64,000 nucleotides of DNA, from the NCBI GenBank assembly GCA_022508845.1, contig JAFLUL010000001.1, forward strand, positions 5,699 to 69,698. Reading direction: 5' to 3'. The position numbers were made by a program, and so were the translations under genes. Each line of letters begins with the position of its first letter. The first letter of the stretch is position 1. The DNA comes from Oscillospiraceae bacterium (lineage in GTDB: Bacteria; Bacillota; Clostridia; Oscillospirales; Acutalibacteraceae). Shown one piece after another: positions 28,140-36,350 of this stretch. Under the pieces are notes generated by a model. It searched no databases, was not told the origin of the DNA, and was given only the letters and a program-made list of their open reading frames with translations.

Positions 28140-28433
28140 TCAAAAAAGAAAAACCAGATATTTCAAGCGCTGTATTAACGAAAATATTTGAAAGACATAG
28201 TTAAAAAAACTGAATTATATGTCCTGCGGCGATAGCATTGAAATTTAGTTATTCCTCAAGGAATGAACAGAATAAAGTTTACATATTCCGGTTTGTTGGT
28301 ATTGTTGTTTTTTTCGGAGCAGCCCGTATCAAATTTTGCATTTGCAGCATATATGTTTATAGCGCTGCGAAGAAGCGCAGCGCCATAATTTTGCAATGAT
28401 AACCGCAGGTGCCTATATATAAACTCTATAGAA

Positions 28434-29312
28434 TTAAATTTCTTCCAGAGTGTATTTTGTGCTGCCGATGCCGAGCTTTTCAGCCGCTTCAATGGTGTGC
28501 GCGCCGTTTCGCGATTCAACGCGCTCTAAAAAGTGCTTCTGTCCCGGGTCGTCAGTTGCGGCATAGATAAGGTCAAGGCAGGCCCTGTCTATTGCCACGG
28601 GATCGGAGGAAGCTAAAATGCCTATATCCCTCATACACGGGTCTTCGGCAACCTCGCAGCAGTCACAGTCAACTGTGAGATTTTTCATAACGTTGATATA
28701 AACGATATTATCTCCGAAGTACTCTGTTACAGAGCTTGCTGCGTCCGCCATAGCCTCTAAGAATTTGTTTTGCTCGGCGTGCTTCCCCCAAACTTTGCTC
28801 TGATCTTTTGTTGCTCCGCCCGAATGGATATATGATTTTCCCGCTGAAGAAGCGCAGCCTATAGAGAGCTGCTTGAGAGCTCCGCCGTAGCCGCCCATAG
28901 GATGCCCCTTAAAGTGGGACAGAACAAGCATACTTTGGTAATTCATCATATTTTTGCCAACATAGTTTTCCTTTATAGCGGTGCCGTTCGGTATCGGCAG
29001 CGCCGTGTCGGGGCCTTCGGCATCCATCAAGTCAACATTAAAGCAGTTTGACCAGCCGTGATATTCAATTAGTTTTATGTGCTTTTCGGTGGTGTTTCTT
29101 GCTCCGCCGTAGGCGGTGTTGCATTCAACCACAGTGCCGTTTATTTTTTCCACAATAGGTCTCCAGAATTCGGGACGTAAAAAATTTTGGTTACCCTTTT
29201 CTCCCGAATGTACCTTTACCGCAATCTTGCCCGGAAGCTCTTTCCCGACCTTATCATAGAGTTCACACACCTTTTCCGGGGTTATCTCTTTTGAAAAATA
29301 TACCTTTGCCAT
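28434..29312 (-). CDS. DUF362 domain-containing protein
   Basis: MAKVYFSKEITPE...KVHSGEKGN...ECNTAYGG resembles DUF362 proteins as I remember them. Confidence 0.65.
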   Translation of the reverse strand: MAKVYFSKEITPEKVCELYDKVGKELPGKIAVKVHSGEKGNQNFLRPEFWRPIVEKINGTVVECNTAYGGARNTTEKHIKLIEYHGWSNCFNVDLMDAEGPDTALPIPNGTAIKENYVGKNMMNYQSMLVLSHFKGHPMGGYGGALKQLSIGCASSAGKSYIHSGGATKDQSKVWGKHAEQNKFLEAMADAASSVTEYFGDNIVYINVMKNLTVDCDCCEVAEDPCMRDIGILASSDPVAIDRACLDLIYAATDDPGQKHFLERVESRNGAHTIEAAEKLGIGSTKYTLEEI

Positions 29313-29330
29313 TTATTTTTCCTCCTTTAT

Positions 29331-29675
29331 TCAAACGGTAAAATTGCATAATTTTATTCTTTTCGGCTCTTCTCCCCGGTGATAGTATACCGGTATTTTC
29401 TCGGTTTTAGCCGTATGGGTTCTGCCGGAGTATTCTTTTTTGCAAAACAGCGATATCCATTCGCCCTGCGGCAGCCACACTCTGAGGGAAGCTTCATCCG
29501 ATTTTGAGCCGCACTGTTTCACTTCCGACATCAACAAAAGTTCCGAAGATCCGGCGTTTATAACCGCTTGCAGATAGCTGCTAAAATCGCAAAGATCGCT
29601 GTACAGCGCAAAAGGATAGGATGAGCAAAGCGCGCTAAAAGATCGGATTTGAGAATATTTTGCCCTGTTTCCCAT
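29331..29675 (-). pseudogene. Probable C-terminal remnant of a GH31-type glycosidase
   Basis: The tail ...LRVWLPQGEWISLF..KEYSG......KIPVYYHRGE resembles the GH31 C-terminal beta-sandwich (LP.G.W.D...G......D.IP.F.R.G). No credible N-terminal domain or RBS. Confidence 0.35.
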
Positions 29676-29864
29676 AGCTTTTAAGAGAGGACTGTACTCC
29701 TAACATATCGGCGAGACGATGATATTATTCGCCGCCCGTTCTCTGCAGGAACGCGGCGCAGGCGGGTGTATAAAAATAAATGCCCCGCTTTCGATTTGTC
29801 GGTTTTATTTTAACACATTTTTTGGGATAATACAATGATACTATCTATTATTCGCAAAAAAATC

Positions 29865-29893
29865 TTGACTTTTATCTTTTTTGATAGTATACT
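29865..29893 (+). promoter_or_regulatory. Promoter of tRNA-Leu (TTGACT-17-TATACT)
   Basis: TTGACT at 29865-29870 and TATACT at 29888-29893, 13 nt before the tRNA 5' end. Confidence 0.6.
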
Positions 29894-29906
29894 TTTCTTT
29901 AGTGTC

Positions 29907-29993
29907 GCCGGCGTGGCGGAATAGGCAGACGCAAGGGACTTAAAATCCCTCGGTAGCAATATCGTACCGGTTCAAGTCCGGTCGCCGGCACCA
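29907..29993 (+). tRNA. tRNA-Leu (anticodon UAA), CCA encoded
   Basis: Acceptor stem GCCGGCG/CGCCGGC. Anticodon stem AGGGA/UCCCU with loop CUUAAAA. Long variable arm. T-loop TTCAAGT. 3' ACCA. Confidence 0.9.
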
Positions 29994-29996
29994 AAA

Positions 29997-30035
29997 CGAA
30001 AATCCTGTCGACTTAGTCGGCGGGATTTCGTTTTG
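29997..30035 (+). terminator. Rho-independent terminator after tRNA-Leu
   Basis: Long hairpin cgaaaatcctgtcgac-tta-gtcggcgggatttcg followed by tttt. Confidence 0.75.
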
Positions 30036-30048
30036 TATTATTTATTTT

Positions 30049-30144
30049 TCATTATTCAATATTCATCATTCATTCAACCATTCGACAGGATTTTCAATGA
30101 ATAATGAATGATGAAGCCGCTTCGCTGATGAATAATGAATAATT
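30049..30144. repeat. Hairpin element with CATTCATT-type arms
   Basis: Left arm attcatcattcattcaacc pairs with right arm aatgaataatgaatgatgaag. The centre attcgacaggattttc is the inverted copy of the 5' half of the tRNA terminator (gaaaatcctgtcga). Confidence 0.55.
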
Positions 30145-30219
30145 GATTACTAGAAGAGTTGTTCTGTTTATAGGATTTAACAAAGAATGTTTTCGCTTGT
30201 CATTTTGGCCTGTAAACAC

Positions 30220-30320
30220 AAATGACTTTCAATTCTGAACCAAAAGTGTTCAATTGAAAGTCATTTCTTTTGTAAAAATCCTTTATTTAACAGCCTGCAG
30301 GGCTGTTTTTTCTTTTTTGA
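30220..30320 (+). other. Perfect 15-bp inverted repeat followed by a rho-independent terminator (possible small transcript or gene remnant)
   Basis: aaatgactttcaatt at 30220-30234 pairs with aattgaaagtcattt at 30252-30266. It is followed by aacagcc-tgca-ggctgtt plus a T-run at 30289-30320. Confidence 0.4.
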
Positions 30321-30832
30321 TTTTATTGAACAATAAAATTAAAAATACTGAAAAATAGGAACAAATTTTGAAATTACATATAATGCGAACCTCATATGTG
30401 CAATTAAGTTTTTTGCAACTGCGCTTGTTTACAGTAAAAATCGACCTCTTTTCTTTCAGGTGAACCTCGGTCCCTTTTATGGCTCTTTTTTACAGCCCAT
30501 TTTATTTTTGTCAGAGCGTTCTTTTTTATATTATCTGAAAACATCACATCATTGCGATTTAGGCGAGCAGCGGAAATGCACCGATAGGTTCAGCTTTATA
30601 TCGCCGCAAGGCGAAGCGTCATAAAAAACGCTGTGCAGCCTCAGAATATTTGACCGCCGATGGGGAAGCGCTGTCTGATTAAGGTGGATATTTCAATCTG
30701 AGAAACAAAAGAATGGGGGCAAAATGAAATTGTATGCAATACGATATGAAGCAAAGAACTATTTACTTCCGGATCAAATGACAGTATAATTATTATGAGG
30801 AATAATTTAATAATCGGGGTAGTGACATAATT

Positions 30833-31666
30833 ATGGGCAGGAAGCTTTTTTGCGAGATAAGTCCAACAACTTATAAAATCTCAAAGAAGAAAGAAATCTT
30901 ATTAAGATATATGAAAGATTTTTTCAGCAGCGAGAAAATTGCAAAAACTCATTCAAATGAAGAATTACCGAGCATTATTAAAAGCCACAGCTCAATTCTG
31001 ATCAGGAATTTGGCAGGGGTTGATTTAAGGTTGCAGGAAAATAAGGTAACAAACATAATGTTGGCTTGCAATAAAGTTAACGGAATAATTATACATCCCG
31101 GCGAAACCTTTTCGTATTGGAGGACAATTGGTGAAGCAACGCAAAAAAAGGGGTATAAAGAGGGTTTAGTTATAAGCAGAGGCGGAATTACTTCCGGATA
31201 TGGCGGAGGCTTGTGCCAAATGGCTAATATGATACACTGGCTCGTATTAAACAGTCCGTTAGATGTTACGGAATTACATCATCATTCCGATGCTTTGTTT
31301 CCGGATGACAGAAGGAGGGTCCCTTTTGGAACAGGTACATCGGTTAGCTATAATAACGTTGATTACAGATTTAAGAATAATACGGATCAAGACGTCCAAA
31401 TACTTGTATGGGTTGAAAACGGCGAATTATGCGGTGAATTAAGAAGCGAAAGAGAATTTCCTTATCGTTATAAATTGGTTGAGGAAAACCATCATTTCAG
31501 AAAAGAGGCAGACAAATATTTTAGAATTTCCCAAGTTTATAGAATTGTAATTGACAAATCAACAAACGAAGAAATAGCCAAAGAGCTTATATTAGATAAT
31601 CATTCAGCAGTATTATTTGATTATTCATTGATACCGAAAGACCAAATAAGGGATGATATAAATTGA
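30833..31666 (+). CDS. VanW domain protein, no signal peptide or TM segment
   Basis: ETFSYW.. and the GYGGGLCQ motif are characteristic of VanW/YoaR-type domains. The stop overlaps the next start (TTGA). Confidence 0.75.
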   Translation: MGRKLFCEISPTTYKISKKKEILLRYMKDFFSSEKIAKTHSNEELPSIIKSHSSILIRNLAGVDLRLQENKVTNIMLACNKVNGIIIHPGETFSYWRTIGEATQKKGYKEGLVISRGGITSGYGGGLCQMANMIHWLVLNSPLDVTELHHHSDALFPDDRRRVPFGTGTSVSYNNVDYRFKNNTDQDVQILVWVENGELCGELRSEREFPYRYKLVEENHHFRKEADKYFRISQVYRIVIDKSTNEEIAKELILDNHSAVLFDYSLIPKDQIRDDIN

Positions 31667-33069
31667 TAAACAAAATAAAACGGATAGTTGAAAAGCATCC
31701 AAATAGAATTGCTTATAAGGTTAATAATGAGTGTATTACATATAAAGACATTTGGAATCGTGCAGGTGATTATGCGCAGCTTTTAAAAAAGCAGGGTACA
31801 AAGCCTGTAATAATTTACGGTCATAAAAACATAAGCGTTGTTATTTCCATATTATCCTGTTTAATCGCAAACAGGACTTATGTCCCTGTTGATTCCTGTA
31901 TTCCGCTTTATAGAGTAAAACAAATTGTTGAAATGACAGGCTCTTCTTTAGTTTTAACTGAAAATAATATCGAAATAGATAATATTGAAAGCTCCGATTT
32001 AGAAGGATTAAAAAAGTATAAAAATTTTGATATAAGAGAACAAAATAATGAAATCGTTTATATAATATTTACCTCCGGAAGCACGGGAATCCCAAAAGGC
32101 GTGCCGATATCCAAAACAAACCTGAATAATTTTATTGAGTGGATCAGCAGTTTAAAACCGCTTTGCGATTATAAAAATGTAAACGTGTTTAATCAAGCAA
32201 GCTTTAGCTTTGATTTGAGTGTTGCGGACTTATATTACTCATTATGTAACGGTCATACATTGATCGCGCTTGACAGCGGTATGCAAGACGGTTATGACGA
32301 AATATTCAGCTTGATGTCGGAAATAGACGTAGCCGTTATGACGCCAACATTTATGAAGCTATGCTTAATAAATAAAGAGTTTAACGAAAAAAATTATCCG
32401 GGGTTCAAATGCGTTTACTTTTGCGGAGAACAACTGGAAGTTAAGACTGTTCAAAAATTATTTCAGGCTTTTCCTGATTTGAAAATAATCAATGCTTACG
32501 GACCTACAGAAGCCACATCAGCCGTATCGGCAATTTTAATTACCAAAGAAATGGCTTATGAGCAGCAATTGCTGCCGGTGGGAGAAGTAAAAACGTTTGC
32601 AACCGAAATAGAAATCATAGATGATGAAATTGTTTTAAAAGGAAAAAGCGTCTTTAGCGGATATTTGTTAAATATTATCGGCGGACACTATATTGAAAAC
32701 GATACTGATTGTTATAAAACAGGTGATATCGGTTTTATTCAAGACGGTAAATTATATTGCAGGGGAAGAAAAGACCGACAAGTAAAATTCAAGGGTTATC
32801 GTATAGAATTAAATGACATAGAACACAATATCGGCCTGATCAGAGGAGTTAAGGAGTGTGCAGTTGTTGCTAAATATAGTGATGCTTTGGCTGTTAAGTC
32901 AATTATTGCGTTTGTGACGGCCGAAGACGGGATTGATGCGAGCTATATTAAGACAGAATCAGAAAAATTCATACCTCGTTATATGGTGCCGAAAACGATA
33001 AAGATAATTGAAAAATTACCGATAAACCAAAACGGAAAGATTGACAGAAAGGCTTTGAGTGAATTATGA
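31663..33069 (+). CDS. DltA-like adenylation enzyme (D-alanine--carrier protein ligase family)
   Basis: Adenylation motifs seen: IIFTSGSTGIPKG, NAYGPTE, YKTGD, GRKDRQVKFKGYRIEL, NQNGKIDRKAL. Size and layout resemble DltA. Confidence 0.8.
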   Translation: MINKIKRIVEKHPNRIAYKVNNECITYKDIWNRAGDYAQLLKKQGTKPVIIYGHKNISVVISILSCLIANRTYVPVDSCIPLYRVKQIVEMTGSSLVLTENNIEIDNIESSDLEGLKKYKNFDIREQNNEIVYIIFTSGSTGIPKGVPISKTNLNNFIEWISSLKPLCDYKNVNVFNQASFSFDLSVADLYYSLCNGHTLIALDSGMQDGYDEIFSLMSEIDVAVMTPTFMKLCLINKEFNEKNYPGFKCVYFCGEQLEVKTVQKLFQAFPDLKIINAYGPTEATSAVSAILITKEMAYEQQLLPVGEVKTFATEIEIIDDEIVLKGKSVFSGYLLNIIGGHYIENDTDCYKTGDIGFIQDGKLYCRGRKDRQVKFKGYRIELNDIEHNIGLIRGVKECAVVAKYSDALAVKSIIAFVTAEDGIDASYIKTESEKFIPRYMVPKTIKIIEKLPINQNGKIDRKALSEL

Positions 33070-33314
33070 TACATACAAAAATAGATATACCGAAACTTTT
33101 ATATGAAATTTGTGAAGATGAACGGGTTTTTGAAAAGGATATTGACTTAATTGAAAGCGGTTTGCTGGATTCCTTTGCCTTTATTGAGCTTTTCACTAAA
33201 TTTGAAGATCACGGAATCAATATACAGCCCACAAGAATAGACAGATCACAGTTAAAAACTGTTGAGGGAATTGAAAAACTGATAGAAGATTATTTTGAAA
33301 AAAACGGTAAGTAG
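33066..33314 (+). CDS. DltC-like acyl/peptidyl carrier protein
   Basis: 82 aa. GLLDSFAFIEL contains the phosphopantetheine-attachment Ser. ATGA overlap with the upstream gene. Confidence 0.75.
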   Translation: MIHTKIDIPKLLYEICEDERVFEKDIDLIESGLLDSFAFIELFTKFEDHGINIQPTRIDRSQLKTVEGIEKLIEDYFEKNGK

Positions 33315-33410
33315 CGAGCAAATTCTTCGCCGAAGGCGGTAAAAAACAGTAAAAAAATGCGGTAGAATAAATCCAAACTTTAAATCGGAATCTGATGGAG
33401 CAGCGGGAAA

Positions 33411-33465
33411 GTGGACGAGTGGTTTGAAGTAGAAAAAATTGACAGCGATACCTACGCAATCAGTT
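33411..33465 (+). pseudogene. Short remnant resembling the N-terminus of an MBL-fold hydrolase
   Basis: Translates to VDEWFEVEKIDSDTYAIS, a pattern common at MBL-fold N-termini, then diverges and stops. Confidence 0.3.
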
Positions 33466-33484
33466 TCACGATCGGTACGATGAA

Positions 33485-33898
33485 GTGGGACGCCAAAGAA
33501 TCGAAATTAAATTTTCCACCGTTATGAAGGCAAATGAAGCAGTTATAAACCGTTTTAATTCTGTTGACCAGTGCAAAAAAGCGAATTTAGGTAATCGTGC
33601 ACTGAACAGCACGGATATGTACAACTATAATTTTGATTGCAATATTCAGCAGGTAAAGCGGTTAGAGTTTGATGTTCTCTACTACGGTCTGTTCTTTGCT
33701 GATCGCATTGCCATTTTTAAGATGCGCTCAAATGAAATATTGTCTTGTTTTGGATACTCGGATAAACAACACAAAGGTAACGAAGGCGAGGGGCAATTTC
33801 ATCTTAATCGCAGGAGTATTGATTATCATATGCAGAACCACTTTGTTCAGTGGCTTACATACGAAGAACTCTACAATTTATTAAATAGTGAGAAATGA
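33485..33898 (+). CDS. Hypothetical protein, orphan (candidate partner of the adjacent methyltransferase)
   Basis: Track ORF starts at GTG 33485; an alternative ATG is at 33524. No strong RBS. The 3' end overlaps the convergent MTase by 18 nt. No motif recognised. Confidence 0.4.
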   Translation: MGRQRIEIKFSTVMKANEAVINRFNSVDQCKKANLGNRALNSTDMYNYNFDCNIQQVKRLEFDVLYYGLFFADRIAIFKMRSNEILSCFGYSDKQHKGNEGEGQFHLNRRSIDYHMQNHFVQWLTYEELYNLLNSEK

Positions 33899-36049
33899 GT
33901 TTTTTCCTTGCAGAGCATTTTTGATAACGCTTCTATGTTTAGCGGAAAGATTAAACAAATCCATAATATCCTGATCTAAATCCATATACAGACCGCGGAT
34001 GTTTTCGGCAGAACACATTATGCGGTCTACTTTTTTTATGATAGCCGTTTGAGTATTCACTGTAACAACAGGTATCGGCATTTGCTCAATGTGCGAACGA
34101 AGTAATTTAATGGAATTGAATTTCTTTGAAATGAAGTATGCGGCAACGCTTGAGTTAAGTATTGCAAGAATGTATTTTATATCAAGACCATCAATTTCAG
34201 GGATAACAATATTGCAGCTGTTCAGAGAGAGGGTTTGCTCATTGTCATAAGTAAAAACTGGGGTTTCGCAAATAAAACGATACAGCAATTTTTCTTTTGC
34301 CCTGTACATTTCTGTGGGAGCCACTTGCTGAAAAGATTCGGGCACAAATCGAATATAGCTTCCGGAATTTGTTTTGCTGTATCTTAGGATATTGCTGCCT
34401 TTTAAGATAACTTCGTTATCATCACGCTTTTCATCGGAAATATATTCTTTGTTATTACCGGTCACTATTCCGAGTGCAAATTTTGCATTTCCTTTCAAAT
34501 AAGCCGCATTTTCAATGCTGCTAATTGCGTTCAAGCATTCATTTTCTTCATCAGATACATTGAAAGAAAGTGTACCGTCAAAAAAACTTCTTGGTTGTGA
34601 GATGAGGAATCTTTTGTTGCCGATTGCGACCCTGCAGCCGACCGCAGTTTTATTATCATCCGGTGTGATTCCGAGAATAATGGAAGGGCAGTGAACTCCG
34701 GAGAAAACGTTGCCTAAGTAAGTGATAAATTTGAATGAACAGGAATCGAGTATCAGCCTTCTTACAGCGCTATGTGCGGCAACACTCAAAATTGCTTCCG
34801 GAAGAACAAATGCCAGCACACCATTGCAGCAAAGCATAGATAATGCTTTTTCCACAAGCAGATCATATGCCTCAAGGCTTTTTCCTGTGGCCGTTTTGAA
34901 TAGTTTGCGACATTTGGCTGCGTTTTCTTCCGAAAAATCGCTTCCCCACGGAGGATTACCCAGAATAACATCGAACTTTTGCGGAAAGCATTCAAAATAT
35001 GTATTACCTATGGTGATTCTGGATCGCAGATCTGGTACGGATATTTCTGGGAATGTGAGTGCAATATTGATGCGAGCTAAGTGGACACTGATAGGATCAA
35101 TATCCTGACCATATAAGTTTGAGTAATTTATTCCCTTTGTGCCAAGGCTTAATAAGAAATTACCTGTGCCGCAGCAAGGATCGCAGATTGTTTTTTCTTT
35201 TAAATTAGCATCATTCTCGCATAATCTTTCGATCATTTCTTTTACAACCCTTGTCGGAGTATAATAGATGCCCGAAGTTTTGCGCCGGCCAATATCACGC
35301 AAGGATATGTAAACAAATCCCAATGTGTCTTCTCCCTTTACAAAAAGGATTTTCTTTGTTAGCGCAGAGTACAACTTTTTAATTACAGAAGAATCAATAG
35401 TCTCATTTCCTATCAAATCTCTGATTAGAATATGGAAAACGTCAGTTTGTTCTTGAGATAGAAAATACGACAAGATATAATTATCCGGATATGTAATGCC
35501 TCGGCTTTGGTAATAGAGCTGAACAGCAAAATTTGCAAGGAGCACCAATAAATCTTTTTCGTTCTCTATTACGCCAAGTTCTAACAGCTCGGCAACTAAT
35601 TTTTGATTGTACTCAGTTTGAACGTAATCCTTGTAGAGCACCTTACCTGCAGCACTTTTTTTGTTTCTGCGGCTTTTGAGTTTCGTATTATCATCTGAAT
35701 TTAGTTCATCAATAAATTTTTCAATATATTCAGAACTGAACAGCTTACCGTCAATATCCGGAACGAGCTTTCCTAAACGGATCCAATTCTTTGCAGTCGC
35801 TTTTGATATTGATAATAACTTGCATATATCGTCAATAGAAAGAGCGTTTTGTGATATATCAAAAAAGCTCATTTGCTTCTCATCAATGTGTTTTCTTCGA
35901 CCATCAGCAGGCTTGAGGGCATTTTCGGGTATAAGCCATACGCCGCTAACCATATTTGCACCGCTAATGCGACCTTGTTCACACAAAATTTGAACCCGTC
36001 GTTTTGATATATTGAACTTTTCAGCTGCTTCCTTAACCGAAATATACAT
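33881..36049 (-). CDS. N6-adenine DNA methyltransferase (gamma-class, Eco57I/TaqI-like) with two N-terminal HTH_17-type DNA-binding domains
   Basis: ATG 36049 with GGGAGG 5 nt upstream. HTH regions ISVKEAAEKFNISKRRVQ and ICKLLSISKATAKNW. Motif I DPCCGTGNFL precedes motif IV GNPPWG. C-terminal TRD-like region. Confidence 0.85.
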   Translation of the reverse strand: MYISVKEAAEKFNISKRRVQILCEQGRISGANMVSGVWLIPENALKPADGRRKHIDEKQMSFFDISQNALSIDDICKLLSISKATAKNWIRLGKLVPDIDGKLFSSEYIEKFIDELNSDDNTKLKSRRNKKSAAGKVLYKDYVQTEYNQKLVAELLELGVIENEKDLLVLLANFAVQLYYQSRGITYPDNYILSYFLSQEQTDVFHILIRDLIGNETIDSSVIKKLYSALTKKILFVKGEDTLGFVYISLRDIGRRKTSGIYYTPTRVVKEMIERLCENDANLKEKTICDPCCGTGNFLLSLGTKGINYSNLYGQDIDPISVHLARINIALTFPEISVPDLRSRITIGNTYFECFPQKFDVILGNPPWGSDFSEENAAKCRKLFKTATGKSLEAYDLLVEKALSMLCCNGVLAFVLPEAILSVAAHSAVRRLILDSCSFKFITYLGNVFSGVHCPSIILGITPDDNKTAVGCRVAIGNKRFLISQPRSFFDGTLSFNVSDEENECLNAISSIENAAYLKGNAKFALGIVTGNNKEYISDEKRDDNEVILKGSNILRYSKTNSGSYIRFVPESFQQVAPTEMYRAKEKLLYRFICETPVFTYDNEQTLSLNSCNIVIPEIDGLDIKYILAILNSSVAAYFISKKFNSIKLLRSHIEQMPIPVVTVNTQTAIIKKVDRIMCSAENIRGLYMDLDQDIMDLFNLSAKHRSVIKNALQGKNSFLTI

Positions 36050-36291
36050 AGCTGCCTCCCGGTGCATTTAATGAATTTATTATACTCTTTTATGCGAATA
36101 AAGTCAACATTAATGAATATAACAGGTTCGCAGCATTTCCCTGGCAATCACGTTAGAGTTCTCTGAAAAATTCATAAACTGCTTGCCGGAACTGAGCAAT
36201 GCCAACGAGATTACGGGATTTGCCTTCGGTTTCAACCTTGGTCTGCCGCAGGCGGTGCAAGCCGTCTTGTTGGCAGTTTTTGCGGCAAAAA

Positions 36292-36317
36292 AGACATCCT
36301 CCCGGATGTCTTTTTTT
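36292..36317. terminator. Bidirectional hairpin terminator
   Basis: agacatcc-tccc-ggatgtct is flanked by an A-run on the left and a T-run on the right, 40 nt downstream of the SDR gene. Confidence 0.6.
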
Positions 36318-36350
36318 GAAATAAAAGCTAAATTAAAGGATAAGAAGTTT

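Noticed and set aside
33411-33898. Idea that the MBL-like remnant and ORF 33485..33898 are one disrupted gene.
   Set aside because: They are in different frames. The downstream ORF shows none of the HxHxDH-type MBL motifs.
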